From NCBI GenBank assembly GCA_000438075.1, contig FR903546.1, forward strand, positions 82,996-146,995: a DNA stretch of 64,000 nucleotides. The letters are read 5' to 3'. How positions within the stretch are numbered: the stretch's first letter is position 1; every line of letters begins with the position of its first letter. Below, in pieces: positions 50,520 to 61,643 of the stretch. Origin of the DNA: Clostridium sp. CAG:609 (GTDB lineage Bacteria > Bacillota_I > Bacilli_A > RF39 > UBA660). Made by a program: the position numbers and the translations under genes. The notes beneath the pieces are model-generated. The model was given only the letters and a program-made list of their open reading frames with translations. It searched no databases and was not told the origin of the DNA.

Positions 50520-51602
50520 ATGCCTAAAAAGTATGATAAATTATTATTATTGGTAGTTATTATTATATCTATATTTGGAATCATTATGATATATTCTGCC
50601 AGTTCAATCTGGGCAGAATATAAATTTAATGATTCTTTTAAATTTGTTAAAGCTCAATCTGCTTTTTTTATCATGTCTTTAATATTAGTTTATATATTAA
50701 GTAAAATAAATCCCAAGATATATTATGAAAAAGCGAATACTATATTATTTATATGTTTTATATTTTTAATACTTGTTTTAATACCAGGTTTAGGTAAAAT
50801 AAGAAATGGAAGTAGAAGTTGGTTTGGTATCGGTGGTTTTGGAATACAACCTAGTGAATTTGCTAAAATTGGTTTAATAATATATGTATCAAAATACTTA
50901 GCAAATAATAATAAATTAATCAAAGATATAAAAAAAGGCGTATTACCAATACTTTTAGTTATTGGCACCTTTTTCTTACTTATAATGTTAGAACCAGACC
51001 TTGGAACAGCGATGGTTATAGTTATAACTTTAGTATCAATATTATTTATTTCTGGTGTTAAATTATCATTCTTTATAAAAATAGGTATAGTTGGTCTTCT
51101 TGGTATAGTTGCCTTAATTATTGTGGCTCCATATCGAATGCTTAGAATAGTATCATTTTTAAATCCATGGGTAGATCCTTTAGGTAGTGGTTATCAAATA
51201 ATTCAAAGTTTATATGCAATAGGCCCCGGAGGTCTTCTTGGACAAGGTTTTTTAAAAAGTCGCCAGAAACAATTTTATTTACCAGAACCTCAGACAGATT
51301 TCATATTCTCAATTATCTCCGAAGAATTTGGATTTTTAGGAATACTTATAGTTACAGCTTTTTTTGCCTTCATATTTTATAGAATAATAAAGATATCCTT
51401 AAGTTGTGATAATTTATTTTATAAGTATTTATCATTTGGATTAGGTTTTGGTATAATCATTCAAGCTTTACTTAATATATGTGTAGTTATTGGCTTAATT
51501 CCTGTAACTGGGGTAACTTTACCATTCTTTTCCTATGGTGGTTCAAGTCTATTAGTAAGCATGATTAGTATTGGAATTATCCTAAGTATAAGTAAAAATT
51601 AA
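50520..51602 (+). CDS. ftsW: SEDS-family peptidoglycan glycosyltransferase FtsW/RodA
   Basis: Polytopic membrane protein with PEPQTDFIFS and LPFFSYGGSS motifs. Confidence 0.9.
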   Translation: MPKKYDKLLLLVVIIISIFGIIMIYSASSIWAEYKFNDSFKFVKAQSAFFIMSLILVYILSKINPKIYYEKANTILFICFIFLILVLIPGLGKIRNGSRSWFGIGGFGIQPSEFAKIGLIIYVSKYLANNNKLIKDIKKGVLPILLVIGTFFLLIMLEPDLGTAMVIVITLVSILFISGVKLSFFIKIGIVGLLGIVALIIVAPYRMLRIVSFLNPWVDPLGSGYQIIQSLYAIGPGGLLGQGFLKSRQKQFYLPEPQTDFIFSIISEEFGFLGILIVTAFFAFIFYRIIKISLSCDNLFYKYLSFGLGFGIIIQALLNICVVIGLIPVTGVTLPFFSYGGSSLLVSMISIGIILSISKN

Positions 51603-51914
51603 AAAAATTTCACTTGAACCTATAAATCGACAAATTTTTCACATTTGATGTGGTATCATAGATATTGTTTCTTCAAAAAAATAAATATGATATAGATGCA
51701 ATATGTAAAGTAATAAATGTATCTAAGAAAAGGCTGATGGAACTACAAAAGAACTTATAACGGAGTAAAATATGTGTTTAAAATTTAAAAACAAAAAAAA
51801 GAAGAAATAAAAAATAAGTATATTTAATCCATATCATATAAAATTATTGTAAAACTAATGACTTTTTACAAAAAATTTGATACAATTTAAATATGATATG
51901 GAGGTAATATATTT

Positions 51915-53987
51915 ATGGAAGAAGATATATTAAAAGAAATTGAAGAAACAAATGAATCAAAAACTAGTAATGAAATAGTGGAAATTGATGAAAATGATGA
52001 AATCAGTAACACTCAGTATGATTTAGAAAAAGTTGAAGAACCACTTGGTAAAAAGAAAAAAGAAAAGAAACCAAGTAAATGGAGTAAACTAAGTAAAAAA
52101 GCCAAAATTATAATTATTGTAAGTGCAGTAGTTCTTCTTATAGTGGTAGTACTTTTACTATGGTTATTTGTATTTAAAAAAGATAATAAACAAAATGAAT
52201 ATAAAGAACCAAGTGTAGTACTTGAAAAAGAAAACTACAAATATGTAGATGGTAAATTAATATTCCTAGATCAAAATAAAAATGAGCTTGGTTCATACGA
52301 ATGTAAAAACAAAAATGAAAATTTGTGTTACATAGCATACTATAGCAACGAAGATGATTTTGATGAATTTAAAAAAGTATACGAAAGTGGTCTTGAAGTA
52401 TCCGTAGCAAGTGATATATATAAAGATAAGTACGTATTCGTATATGATGATGAAAAGAAAGAAAATGGTGAAGTAACTCTATATAACATCAAAGACAATA
52501 AAAATGAAGGAGTATACTCATTAGTAAAAGAAGTAAATAAAGATAAAGCAATAGTAAAAAAGAATGATAAGTATGGAATAATATCTTTTGATGAAGATTT
52601 AGATGTATCACTAGATTATGAATACATGGGATATATTCTTGATAGCAAAGACTTAATCGTAGCAACAAATAATAATTATAAATTAATATCATTTGATGGA
52701 AAAGATGTAAGTAAAACTGTTCCTGGAAAAATAATGAGTTATGATAGCGATAATATAAGTGTTAAAAATGGTACATCATATCATGTATATGATTACACAG
52801 GAAACATGGTAATTGATAAAGAATTTGATTACATAAGATTTGCAGATTCCTATATCATCGGAGCAAATGGTAAAAAATTATTTGCATACGATAGCAAAGG
52901 TAACATCATGAATATGGATGGAATCAAAATAACAAACAGTGACTATAACACTAAATTAATATTTAATGATGAATTACGTCAAACAGGTAAAGAAGAAGCC
53001 TTCAGTGCATCAGTTTCTGGCAAAACATTAAAAATAGAATATGGTGATGAGTATGCAAAAATAAATCTAAGTGAAGGTGAAGTAAGTAGCAACATGGAAT
53101 ACATTAGTTATTTCCAAGGTAAATTATATTTCTATAAAGATGCAGAAAAAAAAGAAATTTTAGGAAGTTATCAATGTAGTTATGCAAACAACTTAAGTGA
53201 TTCAAATCAAATGTTAGAAAACTGTTATCTAGGAAAACAAAGTAATATTGTAAATAATAATGAATATACTAGTTACTTACCAATATATAATAATAGATAT
53301 GTATTTATTGCAGATACAAAAAGTCCAAATGCAAACGATAACATAGTTTTATATGATTTAAAGAATAATAAAAAGCTTGCAACATATAAAAGTGTTGATG
53401 CAGCATTTGAATCTAATGATACCACAGTTAATTTTGTTAATACTGCAGGTACTTTAGTTGTTACCAAAAACACAAGTGATTCATTCGGTCTAATTAATGT
53501 CGTATCAAATAGTGTTGATGGAGTAATACCTTTCAAAGATAAAGATACAAATGCAACTAATGAAAGTATAAAAATAGTAAATGGTTACTATATTACCAAA
53601 AGAAGTGATAAAACAAACCACATATATGATACCAAAGGAAATGAAATTACTAAAAATATGAGTATAAAATCTGATATTGAATCATTTGAATCAGAACACA
53701 TATTAGTAAAAAATGAAAATGGAAAATACATGGTATATGACATGAATGGAAAAGTAGTATCAAGTGAATATGATTATATATTGATAGATAAAGAATACTA
53801 TGTAAGTGTTGATAGTGAAAATATTCTTGGTCTATACAAATATGATAGCGAAGAAAACAAAATTGGTGAAAAAATTACTTTAGATAGCAACTATAAAGAT
53901 TCTTTAAACTTTGGCATAAGAAGTAACCGTGTAGTAATTACCTACAAACAAAATAATGAAACTAAAGTAATCGAAGTAAACATATAA
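51915..53987 (+). CDS. membrane-anchored WG-containing repeat protein
   Basis: Acidic N-terminus, a TM segment (IIIIVSAVVLLIVVVLLLWLFVF), then many repeats of the type N.KYG.I.F.G..V....YDYI. Confidence 0.65.
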   Translation: MEEDILKEIEETNESKTSNEIVEIDENDEISNTQYDLEKVEEPLGKKKKEKKPSKWSKLSKKAKIIIIVSAVVLLIVVVLLLWLFVFKKDNKQNEYKEPSVVLEKENYKYVDGKLIFLDQNKNELGSYECKNKNENLCYIAYYSNEDDFDEFKKVYESGLEVSVASDIYKDKYVFVYDDEKKENGEVTLYNIKDNKNEGVYSLVKEVNKDKAIVKKNDKYGIISFDEDLDVSLDYEYMGYILDSKDLIVATNNNYKLISFDGKDVSKTVPGKIMSYDSDNISVKNGTSYHVYDYTGNMVIDKEFDYIRFADSYIIGANGKKLFAYDSKGNIMNMDGIKITNSDYNTKLIFNDELRQTGKEEAFSASVSGKTLKIEYGDEYAKINLSEGEVSSNMEYISYFQGKLYFYKDAEKKEILGSYQCSYANNLSDSNQMLENCYLGKQSNIVNNNEYTSYLPIYNNRYVFIADTKSPNANDNIVLYDLKNNKKLATYKSVDAAFESNDTTVNFVNTAGTLVVTKNTSDSFGLINVVSNSVDGVIPFKDKDTNATNESIKIVNGYYITKRSDKTNHIYDTKGNEITKNMSIKSDIESFESEHILVKNENGKYMVYDMNGKVVSSEYDYILIDKEYYVSVDSENILGLYKYDSEENKIGEKITLDSNYKDSLNFGIRSNRVVITYKQNNETKVIEVNI

Positions 53988-53999
53988 AAAGGTGATAAC

Positions 54000-54902
54000 A
54001 TGAAGGATAAAAAGACATTAATTACAATAATAGTGTTACTAGTAATAATGATTCCCATTTCTGGATATGCAACATATAAACATTTTTATATTCCCAAAAA
54101 CACTTTAAAAGAAAATCCCAATAAAGAAATGTTTTTTGATAACAAAGTATACCTTTACCTAGATGGACAATTTCTTGGGTATTATGATTGCACTACTTGT
54201 AGCAAAGTAGACTATATTATAAATGATAATTCATATCACACAAATTATTATAGTAATGGAACCGAAGATATGAATGGAGCAATAAATAGCATGTATGCAA
54301 TTTTTAAAGAAAATAATCAAGCAGTTGTATACAATATTGTTGGAAAAAGTATCATTGGAAAATATGATGAAGTAAAAAATTACAAAGTTAAATCAAGTGG
54401 AAAATATCTAATTTATAAATCAAACAGGAAATATGGTATCATCAATTTTGATATCGGTGGCACTCCGATCCCATGTGATTATGATTATATAAGTATACCA
54501 GCTCATTTAAATGATTCCACCCTTGATAGTAGTAAATTCATTGCCTTAACAAATAGCACATGGAAAATACTTGATAATAAAAATAATGTATTAGCAACAA
54601 GTAATGAAGAAATAGTAGATTTTAATGATTCATACTACATAACCTATAGTGGTGGATACAATATCTATGACTATGAAGGAAACAAATACCTAGAAAGCAT
54701 ACCAAAAACTAATGTCTATGGCGTTGGTGATTATCTATTTGTTTTAAATGATAAACAATTATTTATCTATAAAAATTTAAATGAAAACATGATAACATAT
54801 AAACTATTAAATGATTACAAAACTATTTATTTTAATAAAACAGAAAAGGGTATAGAAATAATTATTGATGGAAATGTAACAGAAACACTTGAACTATCAT
54901 AA
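54000..54902 (+). CDS. membrane-anchored WG-containing repeat protein (shorter paralogue)
   Basis: N-terminal TM segment and the same KYGIINFD / YDYI repeat pattern. Confidence 0.65.
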   Translation: MKDKKTLITIIVLLVIMIPISGYATYKHFYIPKNTLKENPNKEMFFDNKVYLYLDGQFLGYYDCTTCSKVDYIINDNSYHTNYYSNGTEDMNGAINSMYAIFKENNQAVVYNIVGKSIIGKYDEVKNYKVKSSGKYLIYKSNRKYGIINFDIGGTPIPCDYDYISIPAHLNDSTLDSSKFIALTNSTWKILDNKNNVLATSNEEIVDFNDSYYITYSGGYNIYDYEGNKYLESIPKTNVYGVGDYLFVLNDKQLFIYKNLNENMITYKLLNDYKTIYFNKTEKGIEIIIDGNVTETLELS

Positions 54903-54961
54903 ATAATTTGTTAAAATATAGACATATTTTAGTGATTTTTGAGGAGTAATATATTACTTTT

Positions 54962-55108
54962 TTAAAGAGAGTTAGTGGTTGGTGCAAACTAATAAAAAGG
55001 ATATATGAAGGTTGCAAAATGAAAAATAATGCAGAGATGCTTTACAATCAATTAAGTTAAATAAAGGATGGTACCGTCATTATGACTCCTTGGGTATCAT
55101 CTTTTTTA
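54962..55108 (+). promoter_or_regulatory. T-box riboswitch leader (Val specifier likely) with terminator
   Basis: AGAGA and GGTGCAA stem I elements, a candidate GTT specifier at 55011-13, a T-box core aaaGGATGGTACCGtc, and a terminator gatggtacc/gggtatcatc followed by T6. It lies directly upstream of valS. Confidence 0.75.
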
Positions 55109-55129
55109 TTTTAGAAAGAAGGAATTAAA

Positions 55130-57649
55130 ATGTTAGAAAAAAAGTATAATCATCAAGAAGTTGAAAAAGGTAAATATGAAAACTGGGTAAACAAAGGTTA
55201 CTTCGAAGAAAAAGAAGGATGTCCCCCATATGCAATAGTTATTCCTCCCCCAAATGTAACTGGTAAATTACATCTAGGTCATGCTCTTGATACCTCTTTA
55301 CAAGATATCATAATAAGATACAAAAGAATGCAAGGTTTTAATGCTATCTGGGTACCAGGTATGGATCATGCCGGAATTGCAACTCAAGCAAAAATAGATG
55401 CAAAATTAAAATCAATGGGAATAAATCCGAGAAGTATTTCCCGTGAAGAATGGCTAAATTATGCCTGGGATTGGAAAAGAGAATATGCAGAAAACATCCA
55501 TAACCAATGGGCTAAGCTTGGACTTGCATTATGTTATTCAAAAGAAAGATTTACCCTAGATGAAGGATTAAACAAAGCAGTTAATCATGTATTTAAAACT
55601 CTTTATGATGAAGGATTAATATATCGCGGAGAAAGAATCATAAATTGGGACCCAGCTCAAATGACAGCTTTATCAAATGAAGAAGTTATTTATAAAGAAG
55701 TTGATGGTGCGTTTTATCACATCAAATATTATATTGATGGCACAGATAAATACTTAGATGTAGCAACAACTAGACCAGAAACATTATTCGGAGATACCGC
55801 AGTTGCAGTAAATCCAAATGATGAAAGATACAAAGATTTAATTGGAAAAATGGCAGTTCTTCCAGTTGTGGGCAAACTTATTCCAATCATCGGGGATACT
55901 CATGCAGATCCTGAATTTGGTACCGGTGTTGTTAAAATTACCCCAGCTCATGATCCAAATGACTTTGAAGTAGGAAATCGCCATAATCTAGAAAAAATAG
56001 TATGCATAAATCCTGATGGAACAATGAACAAAGTTGCTTTAGAGTTCCAAGGACTTGATCGTTTCGAAGCAAGAGAAGCCTTAATAAAATATTTACAAGA
56101 AAAAGATTTACTTATTGGAATAGAAAAAATAAAACACAATGTAGGTCACAGTGAAAGAAGTGGAGTAATGGTTGAACCTTACCTTTCCCGTCAATGGTTT
56201 GTTAAAATGAGACCTCTAGCAGATAAAGTATTAGAAAATCAAAAAAATAAAGATACAAAAGTTAATTTTGTTCCAGAAAGATTTGAAAAAATAATGAATC
56301 ACTGGATGGAAATAACATATGACTGGTGTATATCTCGTCAACTTTGGTGGGGACATAGAATTCCTGCATGGTATAAAGGTGATGAAGTTTACGTTGGTGA
56401 AGTTGCGCCCGTTGGTGATGGTTGGGTACAAGATCCCGATGTATTAGATACTTGGTTCTCAAGTGCTTTATGGCCATTTTCAACATTAGGTTGGCCAGAA
56501 AATACCGAAGACTTTAACAAATTTTATCCAAACAATGTATTAGTTACAGGTTATGACATCATTCCATTCTGGGTTAATCGTATGACTTTCCAAGGTCTAC
56601 ATTTCACTGGAAAAAGACCATTCAAAGATTGTTTAATTCATGGACTTATTCGTGATAAACAAGGAAGAAAAATGAGTAAATCTCTAGGTAATGGCGTAGA
56701 TCCAATGGATGTAATTGATACCTATGGTGCAGATGCTCTAAGATTCTTCTTAACAACATCTTCAGCAGCAGGAACAGACCTAAGATATGATGAAGAAAAA
56801 GTAAAATCAACATGGAACTTCATTAATAAATTATGGAATGCATCAAGATTTGTTTTAATGAATATCGAAGGATTAGAAACACTTTCATTTGATAATCTAA
56901 AACCTGAAGATAAATGGATTTTAACAAGTCTAAATAAAACAATAAAAAGTGTAACTAAAAACATGGATGCATATAACTTCAATAATGTTGGAAGTGAACT
57001 TTATTCATTCATATGGAATGACTTCTGCGATAACTATATCGAAGCAGCTAAATTCAGTTTAGAAAGTAATACAACAAAAAGTATTTTATACAAGGTTTTA
57101 ACTTCAATCTTACAAATGTTACATCCATTCATGCCATATGTAACTGATGAAGTATATAACCAATTACCAATTCATGAAGAAAATATAATATTGAGTAAAT
57201 ATCCATCTTACAACAAAGATGAAGTATATGAAAAAGTATACAAAGAATATGAAGATGTTATTGAATTTATCAAAGTATTTAGAAATATAAAACTAGAAAA
57301 TAAAATAGGTAAAGACTTCGGAGTAAAAGTAAATACTGATGCTGATTATAGTATAATATTTAAACTTCTTAGAATAAATGAAGAACAATTAAATAAAACA
57401 AATGGCAACAAATTTAGCTGTGTTTATAAAAACTATAATGTTGATATTTTCTATGAAAGAGAAGAAACCAAAGAAGATTTAATAATTAAAAATAAACAAA
57501 TAGCTGAACTAGAAGCAAGCATCGAAAGAAGAAAGAAACTATTAAGTAATGAAAATTATGTTAATAAAGCACCGAAAGAACTAGTTTTAAAAGAACAAAA
57601 TACATTAAAAATAGAAGAAGAAAAATTAGAAATACTAAAGAATGCATAG
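55130..57649 (+). CDS. valS: valine--tRNA ligase
   Basis: HIGH-type [17 protein letters not shown], an editing-domain insertion and a C-terminal coiled coil. Confidence 0.96.
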   Translation: MLEKKYNHQEVEKGKYENWVNKGYFEEKEGCPPYAIVIPPPNVTGKLHLGHALDTSLQDIIIRYKRMQGFNAIWVPGMDHAGIATQAKIDAKLKSMGINPRSISREEWLNYAWDWKREYAENIHNQWAKLGLALCYSKERFTLDEGLNKAVNHVFKTLYDEGLIYRGERIINWDPAQMTALSNEEVIYKEVDGAFYHIKYYIDGTDKYLDVATTRPETLFGDTAVAVNPNDERYKDLIGKMAVLPVVGKLIPIIGDTHADPEFGTGVVKITPAHDPNDFEVGNRHNLEKIVCINPDGTMNKVALEFQGLDRFEAREALIKYLQEKDLLIGIEKIKHNVGHSERSGVMVEPYLSRQWFVKMRPLADKVLENQKNKDTKVNFVPERFEKIMNHWMEITYDWCISRQLWWGHRIPAWYKGDEVYVGEVAPVGDGWVQDPDVLDTWFSSALWPFSTLGWPENTEDFNKFYPNNVLVTGYDIIPFWVNRMTFQGLHFTGKRPFKDCLIHGLIRDKQGRKMSKSLGNGVDPMDVIDTYGADALRFFLTTSSAAGTDLRYDEEKVKSTWNFINKLWNASRFVLMNIEGLETLSFDNLKPEDKWILTSLNKTIKSVTKNMDAYNFNNVGSELYSFIWNDFCDNYIEAAKFSLESNTTKSILYKVLTSILQMLHPFMPYVTDEVYNQLPIHEENIILSKYPSYNKDEVYEKVYKEYEDVIEFIKVFRNIKLENKIGKDFGVKVNTDADYSIIFKLLRINEEQLNKTNGNKFSCVYKNYNVDIFYEREETKEDLIIKNKQIAELEASIERRKKLLSNENYVNKAPKELVLKEQNTLKIEEEKLEILKNA

Positions 57650-57666
57650 AGTTGAAGTGATAAAAT

Positions 57667-57706
57667 AAATGTAGACAGTCTAAAAAAGACACAGTCTACA
57701 TTTTTT
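57667..57706 (+). terminator. rho-independent terminator after valS
   Basis: aaatgtagac / gtctacattt stem followed by a T run. Confidence 0.75.
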
Positions 57707-57792
57707 GATGTCATAAATTTTTTAAAAAATTTCACTATAACTAGAGACTTTTTCTATAAATTTTGTTACAATATTATGTGAGGAATGATAAC

Positions 57793-58359
57793 ATGAATGA
57801 TTGTTTATTTTATAAAATATTAAGACCCATTGTAACGGGCTTTGTTAAAATCTTTTTTAGACCAAACATCTTCGGTACAGAAAACATCCCAAAAGATGGA
57901 CGCTGCATTCTAGCGGGAAATCATACAAGTATCTTTGATCCATTACTTTTAATGTCATCAACAAAAAGAGAAATCCACTTTTTAGCCAAAAATGAATTAT
58001 GGCAAGGACCTAAAAAAATAATATTTTCTAACCTTGGTTTAATTCCTGTTAACCGAAAAACTAGAGATGGTAATGCTTTGCACAATGCAGAAAAAGTATT
58101 AGAAAAAGATTTAGTAATAGGTATATTTCCTGAAGGTACCACAGAAAAAACTGGTGTAATGTTAAAATTTAAAAAAGGTGCAGTAAAAATGTCAAGTGAT
58201 ACCGATAGTCCAATAATACCCTTTGTTATAACAGGTAAGTATAACATATTTAAAAACAACTTAACTATAAAGTTTTTAGACAAAATCTATATAAAAGACG
58301 ATTTAATCAAAGAAAATGAAAGACTTATGAATATAATTAGTAAGGAAAGGGGAAATTAA
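57793..58359 (+). CDS. 1-acyl-sn-glycerol-3-phosphate acyltransferase family protein (LPLAT)
   Basis: HX4D motif NHTSIFD and the FPEGT motif. Confidence 0.85.
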   Translation: MNDCLFYKILRPIVTGFVKIFFRPNIFGTENIPKDGRCILAGNHTSIFDPLLLMSSTKREIHFLAKNELWQGPKKIIFSNLGLIPVNRKTRDGNALHNAEKVLEKDLVIGIFPEGTTEKTGVMLKFKKGAVKMSSDTDSPIIPFVITGKYNIFKNNLTIKFLDKIYIKDDLIKENERLMNIISKERGN

Positions 58360-58360
58360 A

Positions 58361-60094
58361 TTGGATATATTTTCATTTTTAAGAAGAAGAAAAAAGATAC
58401 CACAAGTATGGTCTAAGTATTATACAAAAGAAGAGTTAAATATTAAAATACCCAACATTAGCATGTATGATCAAGTAAGAAAAAGTGCTTACTTGTATCC
58501 AGAATACTATGCATATGAATACATGGGAAAAAAAGAAATTTACAAAAACTTTATTGCTGAAATAAATGACTGGGCAAAAGCATTTGCAAAATCAGGAATT
58601 AAATCCGGAGACATAGTAACTATAACACTACCAAATATTCCAAATGTTTTAATTAGTTTATATGCCTTGAATAAACTCGGAGCTATTGCTAACATGGTTC
58701 ATCCAATGTCTAGTGAAGAAGAAATATTATTTAGTTTAACTTCAACTAAAAGTAAGTACTTGATAATGCTAGATACATTTTATAGCAAAGTTGAAAACAT
58801 CATTGATAAATCAAATGTTGAAAAAGTAATTTTTGCTAAAGTACAAGATTATATGCCAACTCTTACAAAAGCAATATACAACTTATCAATAATAGGTAAA
58901 TACAAAAAAATACCTAAAAAGGATAACTTCTATACATGGAAAAGCTTTTATCAAAAATTTAAAACTAGTGAAACAATGAAGTTTCCTAAATTCGATTCAT
59001 ATACTCCAGCAGTTATTATCCATAGTGGAGGAACAAGTGGTAAACCTAAGAATGTTGTTATTCAAAATAGAGCTTTTATTCTAGGTGCTTTACAAGAAAA
59101 TATCATAATGAAAAATTTATTTCCAGGTGATTGTTGTCTTGCAATAATGCCTAATTTTCATGGCTTTGGTTTAAGTGTTTTAATGCATACACCTCTAGCT
59201 TTAGGTTGTTATACAATTCTTATTCCTAAGTTTGATTCTAAAAAATTTGATATCATGTTTAAGAAAAAGAAACCTTCATGTGTTCTTGGTGTACCTACAT
59301 TATACGAAGCCTTAATGAGCAACAACAATGTTAAAAATTTAGATTTATCTAATTTAAAATATATTGTATCTGGTGGTGATATCTTAACAAAATCGTTAGA
59401 AGCTAAAATGAATAAGTACTTAAAAGAACATAATTCACCAGGAAAAATAACTCAAGGATATGGTTTATCTGAGGCTCTAGCAGCAGTGACACTAGCCTGT
59501 GATGATATTAACAAAAGCGGTTCAGTGGGAATACCTCTTCCAGGAAATCAAATAAAAATAATTGACCCTGCAACCAGAGATACATTGCCATACAAGAAAA
59601 TCGGCGAAATTTGTGTTCATTCAAAAGCTTTCATGCAAGGTTACTTAAATGATGAATCGGAAACAAATACAGCATTGCAAGTTCATAAGGATGGACATGT
59701 TTGGCTTCATACCGGTGACTTAGGTTACATGGATGAAGATGGTTTCCTATTTTATAAGGGTAGATTAAAAAGAATGATTGTATCAAGTGGTTATAACGTT
59801 TATCCATCTCATGTTGAAGAAGTTATTGAATCTCACCCCGCAGTACTTCAATGTACCGTAGTAGGAGTCCCGCATCCATACAAGCAAGAAGTTCCAAAAG
59901 CCTTCATTGTGTTAAAAGAAGGATACTTTCCAATATTTGTAAAAGATGAAATAAAAGAATATTGTAAGAAAAAATTGTCTAAATACATGATTCCTCAAGA
60001 ATTTGTTTTTAGAAAAAGATTACCTAGAACTAAATTAGGTAAAGTTGATTTTAAAAGCTTAATAAATGACACAAGGGGTGATGATGATGACTAA
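58361..60094 (+). CDS. AMP-dependent synthetase/ligase (long-chain fatty acid--CoA ligase-like)
   Basis: AMP-binding motif HSGGTSGKPK, plus GYGLSE and TGDLGYMDEDG. TTG start. Confidence 0.88.
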   Translation: MDIFSFLRRRKKIPQVWSKYYTKEELNIKIPNISMYDQVRKSAYLYPEYYAYEYMGKKEIYKNFIAEINDWAKAFAKSGIKSGDIVTITLPNIPNVLISLYALNKLGAIANMVHPMSSEEEILFSLTSTKSKYLIMLDTFYSKVENIIDKSNVEKVIFAKVQDYMPTLTKAIYNLSIIGKYKKIPKKDNFYTWKSFYQKFKTSETMKFPKFDSYTPAVIIHSGGTSGKPKNVVIQNRAFILGALQENIIMKNLFPGDCCLAIMPNFHGFGLSVLMHTPLALGCYTILIPKFDSKKFDIMFKKKKPSCVLGVPTLYEALMSNNNVKNLDLSNLKYIVSGGDILTKSLEAKMNKYLKEHNSPGKITQGYGLSEALAAVTLACDDINKSGSVGIPLPGNQIKIIDPATRDTLPYKKIGEICVHSKAFMQGYLNDESETNTALQVHKDGHVWLHTGDLGYMDEDGFLFYKGRLKRMIVSSGYNVYPSHVEEVIESHPAVLQCTVVGVPHPYKQEVPKAFIVLKEGYFPIFVKDEIKEYCKKKLSKYMIPQEFVFRKRLPRTKLGKVDFKSLINDTRGDDDD

Positions 60095-60683
60095 AATGCC
60101 TTTTTTATACAGAGCAGGTAGATTAATACTTGGTCCAATATTTAAATGGTACTATAAACCTACTATAATAGGTAAAGAAAACATACAAAAAGATGGTGCA
60201 ATACTAATAGTAGGTAATCATAAACACTTATATGATCAATGTTTAACTATTATTTCAACAAAAAGATTTGTTAGATACATGGCTAAAAAAGAATATTTTG
60301 ATAATAAAAAAACAGCATGGTTCTTTAAAGCTGTAGGTTGTATTTCCGTAGATAGAGAAAATCACGATAGTAAAGCAAAAGAGTTAGCAATAGAAACTTT
60401 AAAAGAAAATGGTGCAATTGGATTATTCCCAGAAGGAACAAGAAATAAAACTAAAGATTTTTTACTTCCATTTAAATTCGGAGCAGTATCAATGGCTAAA
60501 AAAACAGATGCTTATCTAGTACCATTTGGTATCACCGGAGATTATGTTTTTAGAAGTAAAAATTTAACCATAAGATATGGAAAACCATTTAAAGTAACCG
60601 ACATGGATTTAGAAGATGCCAATAATCTTCTTTATGAAAAAGTAAAAGAATTAATGGAAGAAAATCTAAAACTTAAAAAATAA
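60084..60683 (+). CDS. second 1-acyl-sn-glycerol-3-phosphate acyltransferase family protein (LPLAT)
   Basis: HX4D motif NHKHLYD and FPEGTRN. The start is ambiguous among ATGs at 60066-60096. Confidence 0.85.
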   Translation: MMTKMPFLYRAGRLILGPIFKWYYKPTIIGKENIQKDGAILIVGNHKHLYDQCLTIISTKRFVRYMAKKEYFDNKKTAWFFKAVGCISVDRENHDSKAKELAIETLKENGAIGLFPEGTRNKTKDFLLPFKFGAVSMAKKTDAYLVPFGITGDYVFRSKNLTIRYGKPFKVTDMDLEDANNLLYEKVKELMEENLKLKK

Positions 60684-60782
60684 AAGATTACAAAGATTTC
60701 TGTAATAACTTAAACAGAAATCTTTTTGTTTGATTTACAATATCTTTAATACCTGATAAAATATTTATAAGGAAGTGATAAC

Positions 60783-61541
60783 GTGGATGCCAAAAAAATA
60801 AAAATGGAATTAATACGTCAAAAAAATTCGAATTTTAAAGGTAATATATATCATTTTTCTCAAGTTCATTTTGCATATAACTCAAATAAAATCGAAGGTA
60901 ATAGACTTACCGAAGAACAAACCGAAGCAATATTTGACACAAGAAGTTTTATTCCCAAAAATGATGTTTTAGTAAAACTAGATGACTTAATAGAAATAAA
61001 AAATCACTTTAAACTATTTGATTACATGATTGATAACATTGATAATCCAATTACTAAAGAAATGATTTTAACAATGCATAAAATTCTAAAAAGAGGTACA
61101 AGTGATGAAGACAATCCTCTTTATAATGTCGGAGGATTTAAAACCATTCCTAATATAATAGATATTCAAAATATAATACATACCAGTAATCCTGAAGAAG
61201 TAGAAACAGATTTAAATAAACTTCTTAATGATTATGAAAAACAAGATAATGTATCACTACAAGATATAATTGATTTCCATGTTTTCTTTGAAAGGATACA
61301 TCCTCTAAGTGATGGAAATGGTCGAGTAGGAAGAATGCTTATGTTTAAAGAATGTCTAAAAAATAATATCGTTCCATTTATAGTTTTAGATGAAGAAAAA
61401 GCTTATTACATGCAAGGTCTAAAAGAATATAATAAAGATAAAAAATATTTAAAAGACACAATCTTGCATTTCCAAGATATTTATGATAATATATGTGACC
61501 AATTATTAAATTATGAAATTAAAAATGACGGGAAAGAATAA
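60783..61541 (+). CDS. Fic family protein (putative AMPylase) with an N-terminal inhibitory motif
   Basis: Fic motif HPLSDGNGRVGR and upstream SNKIEG, which matches (S/T)xxxE(G/N). GTG start. Confidence 0.85.
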   Translation: MDAKKIKMELIRQKNSNFKGNIYHFSQVHFAYNSNKIEGNRLTEEQTEAIFDTRSFIPKNDVLVKLDDLIEIKNHFKLFDYMIDNIDNPITKEMILTMHKILKRGTSDEDNPLYNVGGFKTIPNIIDIQNIIHTSNPEEVETDLNKLLNDYEKQDNVSLQDIIDFHVFFERIHPLSDGNGRVGRMLMFKECLKNNIVPFIVLDEEKAYYMQGLKEYNKDKKYLKDTILHFQDIYDNICDQLLNYEIKNDGKE

Positions 61542-61620
61542 TCCCGTCTAATTTATTACTAACAGAAACTTAACATCGTTCCTGTTAATAATATTATATG
61601 TAAATTATAAATAAATATAC

Positions 61621-61643
61621 AAAAAACTGCATTAATTATGCAG
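61621..61643 (-). terminator. rho-independent terminator of rpmB
   Basis: The minus strand reads ctgcat-aatta-atgcag followed by T6. It overlaps the last codons. Confidence 0.7.

Noticed and set aside
51660-51760. A possible remnant of an HTH gene (..KYDIDAICKVINVSKKRLMELQKNL*) upstream of the WG-repeat gene.
   Set aside because: It is only ~30 codons, with no start codon and no RBS. The resemblance is too weak to call by eye.
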